A stretch of 64,000 nt of DNA from Chiloscyllium plagiosum (GCF_004010195.1 NC_057718.1:103509946-103573945), one strand, 5' to 3'. Counted from the first letter of the stretch, positions 26,371 through 40,547 are shown. Notes: generated from the sequence alone by a model not told the origin. Made by a program: numbers and translations.

Positions 26371-27439
26371 AATAACCTTAACTGATCTGTCAATACACCA
26401 GTCCGGGAATCAGTCTGGTAAACCTGTGTTGTGCTCCCTCCATTTGACAAAACATCTTTCCTCAAATAAAGCGAGCAAAACTACACACAGTCCTCTAGAT
26501 GTATTCACACTAAGGCCCTGTACAAATACAGCAAAACATCCCCATCCTGTATTCCAATTCTCTCTTCGATCTGAACTGGGGACAACGTTCATTCTGAAGT
26601 AAAGCTAGGCCAACCATTTCCTCCATTTTTAAAAAAAACATTGACAGCAGAATTGCAAAAGAATATATTTGGAGCAACACTACCTTGAGGTTCTCCTCTG
26701 AGCCATTGACCATCCTGACTTGGAAATATATCACCATTCCTTCAGAGATGTTGGTTTGAAATCCCAGAACTCTGTCCCTAGCAGCATCTACTGCAATGGT
26801 TCAAGATGGCGGCTCACTACCATCTTCCCAATGCATGGGCAATTCATCACTGGCCTTTGCAGTGAGACTCACGTCCTCAGAATGAATGAACAGGAGCATG
26901 TTCTGGAATGGGGTCAACACCTTCAGGTGGGGGGGGAGGATTAGGGCATGGGATTAGGGAAGCTGGAGCAAAGGAAGGTGGAAGTGGCTGAGTAAGGAGA
27001 ATGGAATAATGGGAGAATTTTCCAGAGAATAGAAAACATACTGAGGCTTGTCTACTTGAATCAATGCTTCAGCAGCTGTACAAATGACTCTGTTAAAACA
27101 AATCTCAACACAACTGTGTACAGTAGCGTATTGTTTATTAGCAGTTATCTTTAAATGAGTAATCAAGGTTCAATGTATTTGTCAACATTGAAAATAAATT
27201 CGGAAGCCGAACTGTCACATCCTTAGCTCCCAATATCTGTTATTTAAAAACATTGGGATATTTTCTGGTGCCAAAATAGGTATGGCTTTAAGAATTATGT
27301 GGCCAAAATAGCTTATCAATTCTTTAACCTAAAGAGCACTGAACTCATAAGACAGCATTCACAAATAAACATATTTTAACCCTTTGAAACATAAATGTAA
27401 AAATCCTGAAGCAACTGCTATAAGACAGAATTTTTAAAA

Positions 27440-28375
27440 TGGGGAAGATGGTGCAGTGGTAATGAATCTTAGGTTCAAATCTCACCATGGTAGATAGTGA
27501 AATTTCAATTCATTTAAAAACAAGAATCTAGTCTGATGATTATCATAGAAATTAATCTGTTTGCCCTTTAGGGAACAAAATCTGCTGTCCTCACCCCATC
27601 TGGCCTACATGTGATTCCAGACCCACAGCAATGGGTGACTCTAACTGCCCTCTGGGCAACTAGTCTAGCCAGTGATGCCCACATCTCATGAACAAATATA
27701 GAGATGTAAAACATTCTTTCATTTACATTATCTCACAAATTTTGCATTTTTGTATTCATTCATGTGGTGTAGGTAACCCTGGTGACACCAGTTTTCATTT
27801 TTTGTCTCTCATTACCCCTGAAGAAGGTGGAGGTGAGCTGCCCTCTTGAACCATTGCAGTCCATGTGCTGTAGGTAGAAGCTCAATGCTGCCAGGGAGAG
27901 AATTCCTGGATTTTGATCCCGTAATGGGGAAGAAAGAAACATTTGCATTTATATATCATCTTTTGTGGCTTCAGAATGGTTGGAAAGTGCTTTGGTACAA
28001 TGAAGTATTTATGAAGTGTTGTCACTGTTTCAACATCAGACATGTAATGATGAAATGGTGGTATAGCTCCAAGTCTGGACGGAGAATGGATTGGAGGAAA
28101 ATGTGTGGGTGGTTGCAAAAAGGTCAACTCTGCTTTCTCTCCACAGATGCTGGCAGACTTGCTGAGTGTCTCCAGAAATTTCTGTGTAAGTTTCAGATTT
28201 TGCATCTGCAGCTCTTTGTTTTATTTTGTTGTGGGTGGTGGAATTCCCTCACTCTTCCCTATGCAGCAGGTAATGCAGTTTGGAAGGAGCTGTGAAAGAA
28301 CATTGGTGACGTTCTCCCATGTGTCTTGTACACACTGTTACCACTGTGCGTCAGTGGTGGAGGGAGCGAATTCTT
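27440..28375. mobile_element. SINE family B (+, ~27440-27695) and LINE-B fragments (-) with a PLE tail piece at ~28122-28225
   Basis: Family motifs recognisable but degenerate. Confidence 0.5.
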
Positions 28376-30224
28376 AATGTAATAATCTCAAGCGCACACT
28401 TGGCAACAGTTCCCTTCGAAAACCATGAGTGTAATCTTCAAAAGGTTCAGCAAATTTATTGCACTATTTGCAAAAATGTTTTACAAGTCTGGCACTGTAA
28501 TATAAAGCACAACCTTATTGACTTCACAAGATGTTAAGATGCATTTGCCTCAGTCAAGAGCAATTATCCCATCCAACAAAGCTGGAACTATTTTCAAAAA
28601 GCTCAATATCAGCCTGTACGCTACAATGAAACCTGCCCTTGTGGTCATCCCAATTAGGCAGTCACCTTCAGTAAGATCTAAGGCTCTCCAAAAAAATCCC
28701 AAGGGTGAGTCGGTTTCACCCTTTCCAAAAATCAATTCTTTTACAGATTGATATAATTTCCTATTTTCCGTTCTCTCTCTTCTCGAACCTGTCACATCCT
28801 ACCATCTATCTCCCCCCCTGCTATTGAAAATCTCACCTCACTGATTGGCCTACATCACAGAGTGCGGAATTTATATGTCCAACGAGCGGACTGTGGCCTT
28901 GCTCATTGTGTCACGTTAAGCGCAAACCGTTTTGATTTATTATTTTAATGTGCAAGTCTGATTGCAATGTTAGCATGGGTAATAAAATCCTCTGTTTCTT
29001 TTCAGTCTCAAGAGTGAGTGAGAGTCAGAGAGACAGAAAGCAAGAACACACCAGTGGGCCATTTGAAATTGCCAGTCATTACATTCCAAGCCTTTTAGCA
29101 TGTTTCCAAATCTTTCTTTATTCATTGTGTAAACTCAAGTCTGCAGTTGACCAAATTGAGCTCTTTTTATTAACTATTGACACAGCGGATGAATAATTTT
29201 GTATATTCTACTTATCTAAAGGACACAGGCTGGGGGATAAGTAAGCTGCATGTGTCTGGCTGTTCCCTATAACAAACATGTCTTACTCTGAATTCAAACA
29301 GTAAAGATGATACCATGCAAGGATTTGACTGACATCAAGGGATTCCCCCTCATTCCTTAACATTTTTGTTGAACTGAGGAGTGGAGCTGGAGGCTGAGAG
29401 GAGGCAGATTTCTTCCGACATGTATTGAATACATATTTTGTAATTGCCTCAGTCAAGGGGTCCAAACAACTCTGAAAAGATCACTCAAATGACCAAAAGA
29501 AGCTATAGGCTCTGTTTCAATATTTTTTTTGCATAAGCAATCTTCCCATCATTTCTTGTTCAAGTTTAAAAATGCAACTAAGTGATAGTAAATGAGATGG
29601 AATATACTTGGCATGGATTTTACAACATCAGGAAATTGTTTTGACACAGGCAATGATGAGGTCGAGAAAGAACAAGGAACAGTTAAATAAATTAATGTTT
29701 CTAAATTCATCTTTACCATTAGATTGTTAGCATGCATATTACGTTTTGAAAAAACATTTACATGCAATGGTTTTCCATTTCTAAAATGGTTTTTCTTAAT
29801 TTTCTTAAATACGCAGAGTCAGCTGAGGGACAGTGCAGAAGAACAATGAAAACGTCTAGGTTTCGTGGGAGAATTAGGAATAATTACTGTCCTTTCCCTC
29901 AGACTAATGTTCATCCAACAAGTTCTTGTGCAGCTCTTAAAGTTTCTTCTCGTTTACTTGTGAGACTCATTATGATGAAAGGACACCAACATCAGGCAAT
30001 GGAAAATCGCCCATTTCTCCTGAGTGGTTTCATTGAAATGCTTAAAACATTAAGGTGTGTGTGCATGTTTTACTGTGGCTTCTATCCACTACATTTGCGA
30101 CCCCAGGAAACGTAAACATTAGTGTAGGATATGGACACAGGCCATGCTGTGGCTTGTAGCTAATCAATTTTCTGATAAACTGAAATTTGGTGGATCATTG
30201 TGCAGTAAATGATCTATTTTCAGT

Positions 30225-30770
30225 ATGTCAATGTGGCACAACCTTTGGAATACTGCATTCAATTCTGGTCTCCTTCCTATTGGAAGGATGTTGTGAAACT
30301 TGAAAGGGTTCAGAAAAGATTACAAGGATGTTGCCAGGGTTGGAGGGTTTGAGCTATAGGGAGGGGCTGAACAGGCTGGGGCTGTTTTCCCTGGAGCATC
30401 GGAGGCTGAGGGGTGACCTCACTGAGGTTTATAAAATCATGAGGGGCACGAATAGGGTAAATAGACAAGGTCTTTTCCCTGAGTTGAGGGAGTCCAAAAC
30501 TAGAGGGCATAGGTTTAAGGTGAGAGGGGAAAGATTTAAAAGGGACCTAAGGGGCAACTTTATATAGAGAGACTGGTGCGTGTATGGAATGAGCTGCCAG
30601 AGGAAGTGGTTGAGGCTGGTACAATTACAGCATTTAATAAAAGGCATCTGGATGGGTATATGATTATAAGGGTTTAGGAGGATATGGATCAAGTGCTGGC
30701 AAATGGGACTGGATCAGCATGGATGACTTGGACCGAAGAGTCTGTTTCTGTGCTGTACATCTCTACAACT
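30225..30770 (+). mobile_element. CR1 LINE 3' fragment
   Basis: ORF 30328-30567 MLPGLEGLSYREGLNRLGLFSLEHRRLRGDLTEVYKIMRG is the typical CR1 ORF2 C-terminus. Confidence 0.9.
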
Positions 30771-31721
30771 TTAAGTCACTACTTTCACAATGCAATCTTG
30801 TAAACATGTTCTCCTCTTTATTTTCTCGCAACATATAAACAGTCACAGACACCTTCCTCAACTTAGACACTGTGTTCATTCTTTGCTTTGTATTTGTCAC
30901 ATTTTACTGTCTATTGCGTGGCATTGAGACTGAACACTGAACATTGCCCAGGGTTTTCAGGGTGGAGAAATTACTTGTCCAGAGACAGAAACTGATGGCT
31001 GAGCCTAAGGTGCAGGACTGTTTGTCCATTATGTTAACTCCTCCGCAATGGCCAGGCGTGCAGGGTTACTGAGAGAACCTTTAGGGTTAGTGAATAGCAT
31101 CAAGTTGCATCCATTTGTGCCCATCTTGGGGCTGAAATATGTTTGCGTTCTGTGCTGGGAATTAAAAGAAAATGGTGTAATTTCCTGCAGCTGAGTGAAA
31201 TGTATAAATGAATAAATCCCCAAGTAGATGATTCCAAATACTCCCTGTGAGTCTTCAATTCAGGTTTGGGCCTGAACTTTATTTATCCTTTGCTCGGAAT
31301 AACTTGGATTAACTGATCTACCATGCTTTGATTTGGAAGAAAAAGCCTTCCATGTTTTCAAATCCCTCCATACCGCTCTCTACCTCTACAATCTCCTCTA
31401 GTCTGTACAACTCTCTGAGATCTCTGTGCTGCTTCTTAAAGCTGTCAAACTCTGATGAAACAAATTCCTGGAGGTTCCAATCACATGACTGCCCCCACAC
31501 CTCCTGCCATTATTCTGCCAATTTATATCCTTCCTCATGACAGAGTCCCTCCTCTGCTGAACAGAAACCAGGAGACTCATTCCCCAATTGGATGATGCTT
31601 GACTGTCAGTGAAACATTCCTGCTGAAGGACTTATGCCCAAAACATCGGTTCTCCTGCTTTCGGATGCTGCCTGACCTGCTGTGTTTTTCCAGCGCCATA
31701 CTTTTCGAGTTAGGTATAGTT

Positions 31722-32240
31722 CATGGAATCCCTTCAGCCCAACAAGTCCTCATTGACCCTCCAAAGATTAATCCACCCAGACCCATTACTCTACATTTAC
31801 CCCTGACTAATGCACCTAACCTACACATCCCTGAATACTATGGGGGAATTTAGCATGACCAATCCACCCTAACCTGCACATCTTTGGACTGTGGGAAGAA
31901 ACCGGAGTAAACCCATGCGGACACGGGGAGAATGTGCAAACTCCACATAGACAGTCACCTGCGGCTGGAATCGAACTCGGGTCCCTAGTGCCATGAGGAG
32001 AAAGTGAGGTCTGCAGATGCTGGAGATCAGAGCTGAAAATGTGTTGCTGGAGAAGCGCAGCAGGTCAGGCAGCATCCAGGGAACAGGAGAATCGCGTTTC
32101 GGGCATAAGAAGAAGGGCTTATGCCCAAAACGTCGATTCTCCTGTTCCCTGGATGCTGCCTGACCTGCTGCTCCAGCAACACATTTTCATCCCTGGTGCC
32201 ATGAGGCAATTGTGCTAACCACTGAGCCACTGTGCCACCC
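31722..32240 (-). mobile_element. HE1-like V-SINE interrupted by a fold-back PLE insertion (31999-32189)
   Basis: TSD TCCCT(A/G)GTGCCATGAGG at 31982-31998 and 32190-32206. The inverted arms meet at a truncated hammerhead (GGGC-ttat-GCCC-AAAACGTC). Confidence 0.85.
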
Positions 32241-34299
32241 TCAGGACTCTTAGCAATAAAGGGCTCAAAGAGTATGGGGTGAGAAAGTGGGAACAGGGGA
32301 CTGAGTTGGATGATCAGCCATGATCAAATTGAATGGGGGAGCAGGCTTGAAGGGCTGAACGGCCTTTCCCTGCTTCTATTTTCTCCGTTTCCATTTCTAG
32401 ACTCTTGTGCATTAAGCCCTGATTGTAATTTCACCATTAGCAGGCAGTGGCAACCCCGTTAGTAGTCTGGGCCCAAAGGCGCCTGGAATTCCCTCCCTAA
32501 ACCTCTCAGCTCCTCCACCCCTGTCTCTCTCTCTCTTCCTCAAACCCTTGGTCATCTGCCCTGGGATTTCCTTCCGTAACTCTGCACTGACCGTTAGCTG
32601 ATAATAACTTCCGTCAAATGCTTGGAACATTCCATCGCAGACAGAAATGGAAGTTGTCCTCACACAAGCCTGAGTGTTCACAGAGACACCTGGAATCTTG
32701 CTGTGCTTTCTTTTTTGACACTTGACGCTCCCACCTCCCCATCTCTCCCACCACCCTCCCTGCCCTGCAGCATTTGATTGGCTTCTCAGGCTTTGTGAGT
32801 GTGCTCCTGTCCGTTGCTTTGTCTTCCCGTGACTTACTGAATGGACTTAAGAACTTCTCTGAGAGGAGGGAAGAAAAAACTAGTGTTAAAAGGCAAGACA
32901 ACAGGAAGCTTTTACGCGGGGAAACTGCAGCTTGTGCCTTTAGCAAACAATAAGCTGGAGAGATAAAGATGCAATGGAAATGGTTTGCACAAGTCCTTCT
33001 CACAGTTTCCTGCAGAAGCTGACTTGTGAGCATGTGTGCTGTGATGATATGGGCCATTGCTGCTGTTTTGCTTTTTATTTACTTGGATGTGTTTGTTCCT
33101 GTGGAAAAGACCCTGCAAAGACAAAAAGCAGTGATAGCAGAGAGAAGGTTTGGCATTGCTTAATGCCAGATCCCTTTTCCCAGCCCTTATCAAACATATC
33201 CATCAATGGAGCCTGCCTAGTTTTCAACTTCATGAGATGGTGCTAAGATCAAATTACCTGTTAAAATGTGTGCACTCCTTCAACCAGGCGTCGCAACTTA
33301 GCAACGGAAATGGCTAAAGTTTTCCACCATCTTGCGTGGACTAAAAGGAATGTGACCTCATCTTTTGTACTTATCCCTCATTGGCAGTGTTTGAGATCTT
33401 TCACCTTACAACAGTTTAATTCCTCTCAAGGCAAACTTGGGAATGTCGAGTGTCAGGCATTTTGAAACAATCTGTGAGGGGGTCAGGTTATCGCTCTGCT
33501 TAAAGCCCTCAATGGGTATCCATGTCAAAAGTAGCCTCTTCAGCTCTGCGTTTGTTTGGCCAGGGTCACCCACAGGTCAAGCTCTTTGCCAGTTGTGAAC
33601 ACAAAGATTTCCACACCCACCCTCCCAGGCCCACACCATCCACAGGGGAACTGCTCTCGACCCACCCTCCCACTCCCCGTTTAACAGGAACAAATAATCC
33701 TCACCCTGTCAGCGCCCTCAGATACAAATAGAAAAACAGATCAGATACTCTTTCACTGTAACTATACCATGAATATGAAACACTGAACCGTTCTGTCGTC
33801 TGTCTGCGGGGAACGAAAACCGCAGCTTTGCTAGAATTTCTTTACAACGAATAGATTTTAACCCATTCAAAATCCATCCACTTAAAACAGTTAAAACTGG
33901 GCCCTCTTTCATAGACAGACAGAGACACAAAGACGCAGTAATAGGTTTTGGAATCTTTTCAGTGCCTGTCAGGTTCAAACAGAACGCCAATGAATTTGAC
34001 TATTTTTTCAATTAAACCTACGCTTCAGACCTTTTGGGTGGGTGAATGATGACCGGCCGACAACCTGGGAGCAGCAGGAGGCCATTCAGCCCCTCAAGCC
34101 AGCTGTGCCATTCAATAAGATCGCAGCTGATCAGGTTACAGCCTCAATTACATTGATTATCTTTGACTCCTTTGCTGGACTGGAATCTAACGACCTCCAC
34201 CTGAAAAATATTCAATGACCCAACCACCACAGCTCTCTACAGAAGAGAATTCTGAACACTCAAGACCCGCTGAGTAAAAGAAATACTCTTTACCTATAG

Positions 34300-34606
34300 A
34301 ATAAAATAGAAACCCTATGGTGTGGAGGCAGGCCATTCAGCTCATCAAGTCCACACCAATCCTCCGAACAGCACCCCATCCGGACCCACCCTGCATTTCC
34401 CATGGCTAACCCACCTAGCCTGCACACTATGGGCAATTTAGAATGGCCAATCCACCCTAACCTGTATATCTTTGGACTGTAGGAGGAAACCCACACAGAC
34501 ACGGGGAGAATGTGCAAGTTCCACACAGACAGTCACCCAAGGCTGGAATTGAACCTCGGTCCCTAGAGCTGTGAGGCAGCAGTGCTAACCACTGAGCCAC
34601 CAGGCC
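34300..34606 (-). mobile_element. HE1-like V-SINE nested in an antisense CR1 3' fragment (~34070-34780)
   Basis: V-domain and tRNA head on the minus strand. CR1-like sequence continues on both sides. Confidence 0.75.
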
Positions 34607-36014
34607 AACCTCTGAGCTAAACAGGTAGCACTTTATTTTTACACTGTCTCCCCTCCTTTTAAGTCTCTCCCACAAGGCGAAACAAATTGTCAGCACCCAC
34701 CCTGTCATGTCCCCTCAAGATTTTATACATTTCAGCCAGATCACCTCTCATCCTTCTTAACTCCAGTGGATAACAGGCCTGGCAATGATGCGATGATCCT
34801 AATGAAATTACAGGTTATAATGCTTGCTGCGTGTGCAGAAACTGAACAGTACAATGGTGCATAACAAGTTCAACAGGCATTTTGTCCTTTGAAAATTATA
34901 CTCTCACATCTCAACGATATGATAAATGTAACAGAGGTATTATTGGACAGCACAGTATTATCACTGGTGTGGCATATGGAGTCTAGCAGTAGTCAGTTTA
35001 TCTTCATCCGCTTTCAAGTTAAAATTAGCACAACACTGTGGTATTAGGGCTTGATTTAGTTCAGTCTACATCTCAATAATGCAAGTAATAACATCCATCA
35101 CTCGGAGAGCCACACTTCAAACAGTATTCCCATCATTATTCCGGCTCTAAACAGAATAAAAGTGAGCAATTAAGCTTTTGACCAGGATACTTAACACAAT
35201 CTCTGTGGCTGAACCAGATCTTTATGAAAGATTGGAAATAGCTGCAGCGAAATCTTTAAATGATTTTGTAAAATCCAAAGTGGCTGGTAAGCATTTTGAT
35301 GTATCATTTAGGACAAAGATGAAATGAAAGACATCTGCAGCAGGTCAAAGTTTGCTTTTGAACAGCACACACACAGTAACTAGCTTGCTCCATTCCAGGA
35401 TTTAAAGGCAGTGAATGATAATGCACAACAATTGAATGAGGATCAAATAGATACAAGCTTATTCAGTTGATAGTGCCCATCTAATCTCCAAATCAAATAC
35501 TAAAAACAAACCCAGTGGGATTAACTGCACGAAATACAGAGATAGAGACTGAGAAAAGAGTTAAAATCTCTTGTCACATCCATTGTTGTCACACTGCAAG
35601 ACCTCCTGCCATTCTGACCATATCCCACTCACTGTTGCTATCCAAATCAGTCAGAGATATACAGACTTTCTACATGCTACAAGATCTTCTCTGAAAAGTT
35701 AATGGTGTCTCTCAGAATCCACCTGCCCTCATCATCATGCACGTATTTGTGCTGCTTGTGATTTCATTCCCATTCATTGCTGATCACTGCCTTATCGCAA
35801 GATGCAATCCATCATGACAGACAAAAAGATGACTTTGGGTGATATCCATCAAGAACAGAGGTGTGCCCAGAGTGACTGGACAGCAGAGTGTCAATTGTTA
35901 TAAAAAAGGCAGCCCTGGTATGAGATTGATGTTTGATAAATACCAGGATGTACAGGTGTAGATTTTCCAACTTAATAACCAGTTGCTGTGCTGTTTTCAA
36001 TAAGCCAAGGTGCT

Positions 36015-36315
36015 TTTTTTTCATTCATTCCTGGGACTAGGGCATCACTGGCTGGGCCCAGCACTTATTGCCCTGTCCCTAGTTGGCCTCTTGAGAAGGT
36101 GGAGGTGAGATACCTTCTTGAACCGCTGCAGTCCATGACCTGTAAGTTGATCCATGATGTAGGGAAGGAATTCCAGGATTTTGACCCAGTGACAATGAAG
36201 GATCGGCAAAGCATTTTCAAGTCAGTGTGGTGTGGGGCTTGGAGGGAAACGTTCTGGGGGTGGTGTTCCCATGTAACTGCTAGCCTTGTCCTTCGAGATG
36301 GTGGTGGTCATGGTC
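36015..36315 (-). mobile_element. LINE family B 3' end
   Basis: Antisense of the tail also seen at 51995-52215. Confidence 0.65.
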
Positions 36316-37167
36316 GTTTCTGTGGTCTCCTGGAGTAATCCTGGACTATAATAGGAAGTCTGCAGAGGCTGAGTGGAAGTGCAAGTGGGGCAGAGTGAAT
36401 TAACTAAGAAGACACCCTCCGAAAGGTCCTTTAGGACTGGGTGGAGGTCAGCTCCGTCAAGGTTGGAATGGGGTCAACTTGAAAACTCCACAAATGTCGG
36501 TCAATGTGTGGCAGCGTATCAAGTGGATTGCAGCAGGCTGCGAAAAGCACTGGGTGAAAGTGATGTTAGGTCTGACCTTCTCACTCCTGACATCAGCAAA
36601 GACGGTAAGTCAGTTAGATGCTGGGTTAATGTTGGAAAACGTTTGATATTCCTCCATTACCAGCTGATTTACTTTCTCTATCGCCCTCTTGGAGAACTCC
36701 ATTGCAAAAAGAGCCAAGAGATTCTTAACATCCATGACAAGGGGATAACTGGGCCTCAGTCTGACGCCATACTTTATATCGCAGTACCTCCATCCCAAGG
36801 TCCTGCAGTGTCGGCTGAGATTAGGAGCCCACGTTTGCAGGAACACGCAAGGAACTAATAATCATTTTCTCTTCATCTGCATTCACCAGGAAAGTAATGC
36901 AGGTAAGCACTAGTTTTGGAACATCATGTGGTTGACACTTCAAAAGAACCACTCATTCAAAATGCATCTTTTGTGATTTCCTTTAGCACAAAGTATGACA
37001 AATAGATTTCCTCTGTCAACCCCATGTAACAATAACCATGAACCTGTTACCCACAAGTTGCTTCACAATATGCTTTATTCCCAATATTCTTCTAAACTGT
37101 GCAAATTATATGATGGGGGAGTGCTGGGGTAATTTCCTCTGTTCTAATTGATATAATTTGCAACTTT

Positions 37168-37453
37168 GTACAGTCCCTACAGTGTGGAAGTAGGCTGTTC
37201 GGCCCATCAAGTCCACACTGACCCTCTGAAAAGTATCCCAAGCCCACCTCTGTAACCCTGCATTTCCCATGGTCAATCCACCCTAACCTGCACATCTTTG
37301 GACTGTGGGAGGAAACTGGAGCATCCGGAGGAAACCCACACAGACAGGGGGAGAATGGCAAACTCCACACAGACCAATCACCCGAGGCTGGAATCGTACC
37401 CAGGTCCCTGGCGCTGTGAGGCTGCAGTGCTAACCACTGAGCCACCGTGCCAT
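37168..37453 (-). mobile_element. HE1-like V-SINE
   Basis: Same family motifs as 11928-12240, reverse complemented. Confidence 0.85.
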
Positions 37454-40067
37454 CCCATATAGTTTTAGCTGCACTAAATCAAAGGGAATGATTCTCTCCA
37501 TTTTTCCATAAAGCCAGTTGCAAACAATAACAGATGGAACTCCACTGATTCATTCATAGATCTTGTGATCAAAAGATGGTGGTGGCCGGGAGGACTCCCC
37601 TTTAAGACAGAGACATGGGGGATTTTCTTCCCTCTTCTTCAGAGCCTTTGGAACTCTCTTCCTCAAAGGACAAGGAAGGCAAAGCCATTGAGTATTTAGT
37701 AGTAGATACAGTCTTGACCATGAGTGAGGTGAAAGGTTATCAGATAGACAGGGGATGGGGCTAGTGAAGTTGTGGCCACAACCAGTTCAGCCATGAGCTT
37801 ACTGAATGGCACAGTGGGCTTGAGGGGCTGAATGGCCTACTCCTGCTCTCCTAATTTGCACTTTCATATTTACAGAAGATAATCTGTTGGATAGTTACAA
37901 ACATTCGTCTCTCTCTCTCTCTCTCTTAGTTAAGGTTAAGTTAAATATCATTTTCCTTTGGAGGAAGCTGCATTTTCCTAAACTTGATCCTGCAAACCAT
38001 AGCAATGTCAGACACACGTGGAGCGAAGTTGCTTTTCTGTTCATAAATGTTGTTAACATTAGCAGTTTTCGAACACCCTAAAGCTAAAATCTTGAACCCT
38101 AATTACATTTCATGAACTATTTGTTATCAATGAATATTGCCTTCACGTGGGGAAACAGCAGCAAATTGAGAAGCGTTCGGAGTATTTCTGCAAACTGAAG
38201 AGTGAAGTCAACCTCCACCTGAGCTGTGAGCCCGTTAGACCATGTTACACCTTCATTTCTGAAGATGTTGCAGCTGATGTGGACTAAGGGTCTGTATAAA
38301 GACTGCAACCTCTAAACTCAAAATCACTTTATATTTCATACATTCTGCTAATTAATTATTTACAGCAAATACAGGGATCACTCAAAATTGCAACAGAACT
38401 GTAGAACAGAGCAAGCAATCAGCCCCATTAAATTTTAGACACAAAAGTTTCTAAATTGTAGATAATTTCAGGTGAAGACATGAGCTGGCTGCTTCTTAAT
38501 ACATTTGTTTAAAAGTCCCTTCACAAACGAAAGGGGAACTTCCGCTCAACTCTACATTAACCAGGGCAGGCAGAAGTGTGCAACTCTCTCCCTCAGAGTT
38601 CTTCAATGGCTGAAATGTTCTTCAATCGAAACTGAAGAAAGATAGACTTTTACAAAACCAAGAACTGTGGGTGCTGCAAATCTGAAACAAAAACAGAAAT
38701 TGCTGGAAAAACTCAGCAGGTCTGGCAACACCTGTGGAGAGAGAAACAGAGTTAACATTTCAGGTCCAGTGACCCTTTATCGGACCCTTTTTAAGAAGTG
38801 GGGAATGTGGGTACAATTATGTTTAGAAGACATTTGGATAAGTACATGAATGGGAAAGGTTTAGAGGGCTATGGGCCAGGAGCAGGCAAGTGGGGCTAGT
38901 TTAGTTTGGGATTATGTTCGACATGGGCTGGTTGGACCGAAGGGTCTGCTTCCATGCTGGATGACTCTATGAAGAGTCACTGGACCCAAAATGATACTCT
39001 GCTTTCACTCTAGAGATAAGAATTTTATTAGGCAAAAGTGTTATGGGTTATGAAACAAGGTGTATGGGACAGCCAAAGTTCAAATCAGTAATGATTTAAC
39101 TGATGGTAGAATAAGCTTAAGAAGCTGATTGTCCTCCTCCTCTAACAGTGTAAGAAGCTGGAGGGCTGAACTGCATCTCCCTGTGTAACAGGTTGGAGGA
39201 GCTGAGTGGTCATTATCAGATTGAAGGGCTGAATGGGTTCTATTCCTGTGGTGCTCCCTGTATTCCAAACATCTTTGTTTTTAGAGGTTAACTGTGCATT
39301 TTCTAGTAAATTATTACATTATTAAACCAAATTGCTGGTGTGTATAAAATTTCAAGCACTTTTGAGTTTAGAGGTTGCAATGTTTTTACCGCAGACCCTG
39401 GGTTCACATCAGCTGAAGTACCTTTGTAAATGAAACTGGAAAATGTCGCCATGCGCCTTTGTCTAACTGGCTCACAGCTCAGGTGGAGATTGACTTTACA
39501 ACTTGAGTACAGGCCCTGGCTCTCAAAGCAAACCTACATTTCTTTTCCATTCCCCTCTGGGAATTAAAGCTTTTTTCCCCTCGCAGCACAACATTTCCAC
39601 TGTTATCAATTGAAGAGCAATAAAGCCATCAACTCCAACAACTTGTGAAAACAAGTCAAGGTCAATAAGTACTTGCATTTTTGTTTATCTTTGGGTGCAT
39701 TTGCTACTGATATTCAATTGGGTAATAAACAGTACGTCTGACAATTGCTCACAGCAAACAAGTGATGTGAAAGCTATCACAGACAAAGGGGTAATCTGCA
39801 GGTAATCAAACAACCCTGTTACAACAATTATAACTTGACGCATTAATTTATGAGACAATTGCCTGCCAATCTTTACCACCTATTGTCAACCTGGTTCTCA
39901 CGAGTGAATCGTTGAGAATTCACGTAACCCAAGCAGCAGACTTTCGAAGACATTTAGCAAGGAGGGATTTAAAGATTTTAAACTGACGCTGAGATATACA
40001 CTGAAGTAAAATCAGGAACTGCGGACACTGGAAATCTGAAATAAAAACAGAAATTGCTGGAGAAACT

Positions 40068-40547
40068 GGGCAGCACGGTGGCTCAGTGGTTAGCACTGCT
40101 GTCTCACAGTACCAGGGTCCTGGGTTCGATTTCACTCCCAGCTGACTGGGTGGAGTTTGCACATTCTCCCTGTGTCTGCGTGGGTTTCCTTTCACAGTCC
40201 AAAAATGTGCAGGTTAGGTGCACTGGCCATGCTTAATTTGTCCATTGTATCCAGGAATGCGTAGGTTAGATGAATCAGTCATGGGAAATGCAGGGTTACG
40301 GGAGAGGGGATGGGTCTGGGTGGGATGCTCTTTGGTGGGTCGGTGTGCACACAATGGGCTGAATGGCCTGCTTCTGGATCAGTGGTGCTGGAAGAGCACA
40401 GCAATTCAGGCAGCATCCAACGAGCTTCGCTGCTCCTCGGATGCTGCCTGAATTGCTGTGCTCTTCCAGCACCACTGATCCAGAATCTGGTTTCCAGCAT
40501 CTGCAGTTATTGTTTTTACCTGAATGGCCTGCAGAGATTCTATGATT
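40068..40547 (+). mobile_element. HE1-like V-SINE interrupted by a fold-back PLE insertion (40372-40519)
   Basis: TSD CTGAATGGCCTGC at 40359-40371 and 40520-40532. Near-perfect inverted arms ttctggatcagtggtgctgg.../...ccagcaccactgatccagaa. Confidence 0.85.

Noticed and set aside
36373..36858. 161-aa ORF
   Set aside because: No recognisable domain or splice context, antisense to the host gene, and of a length that can arise by chance.
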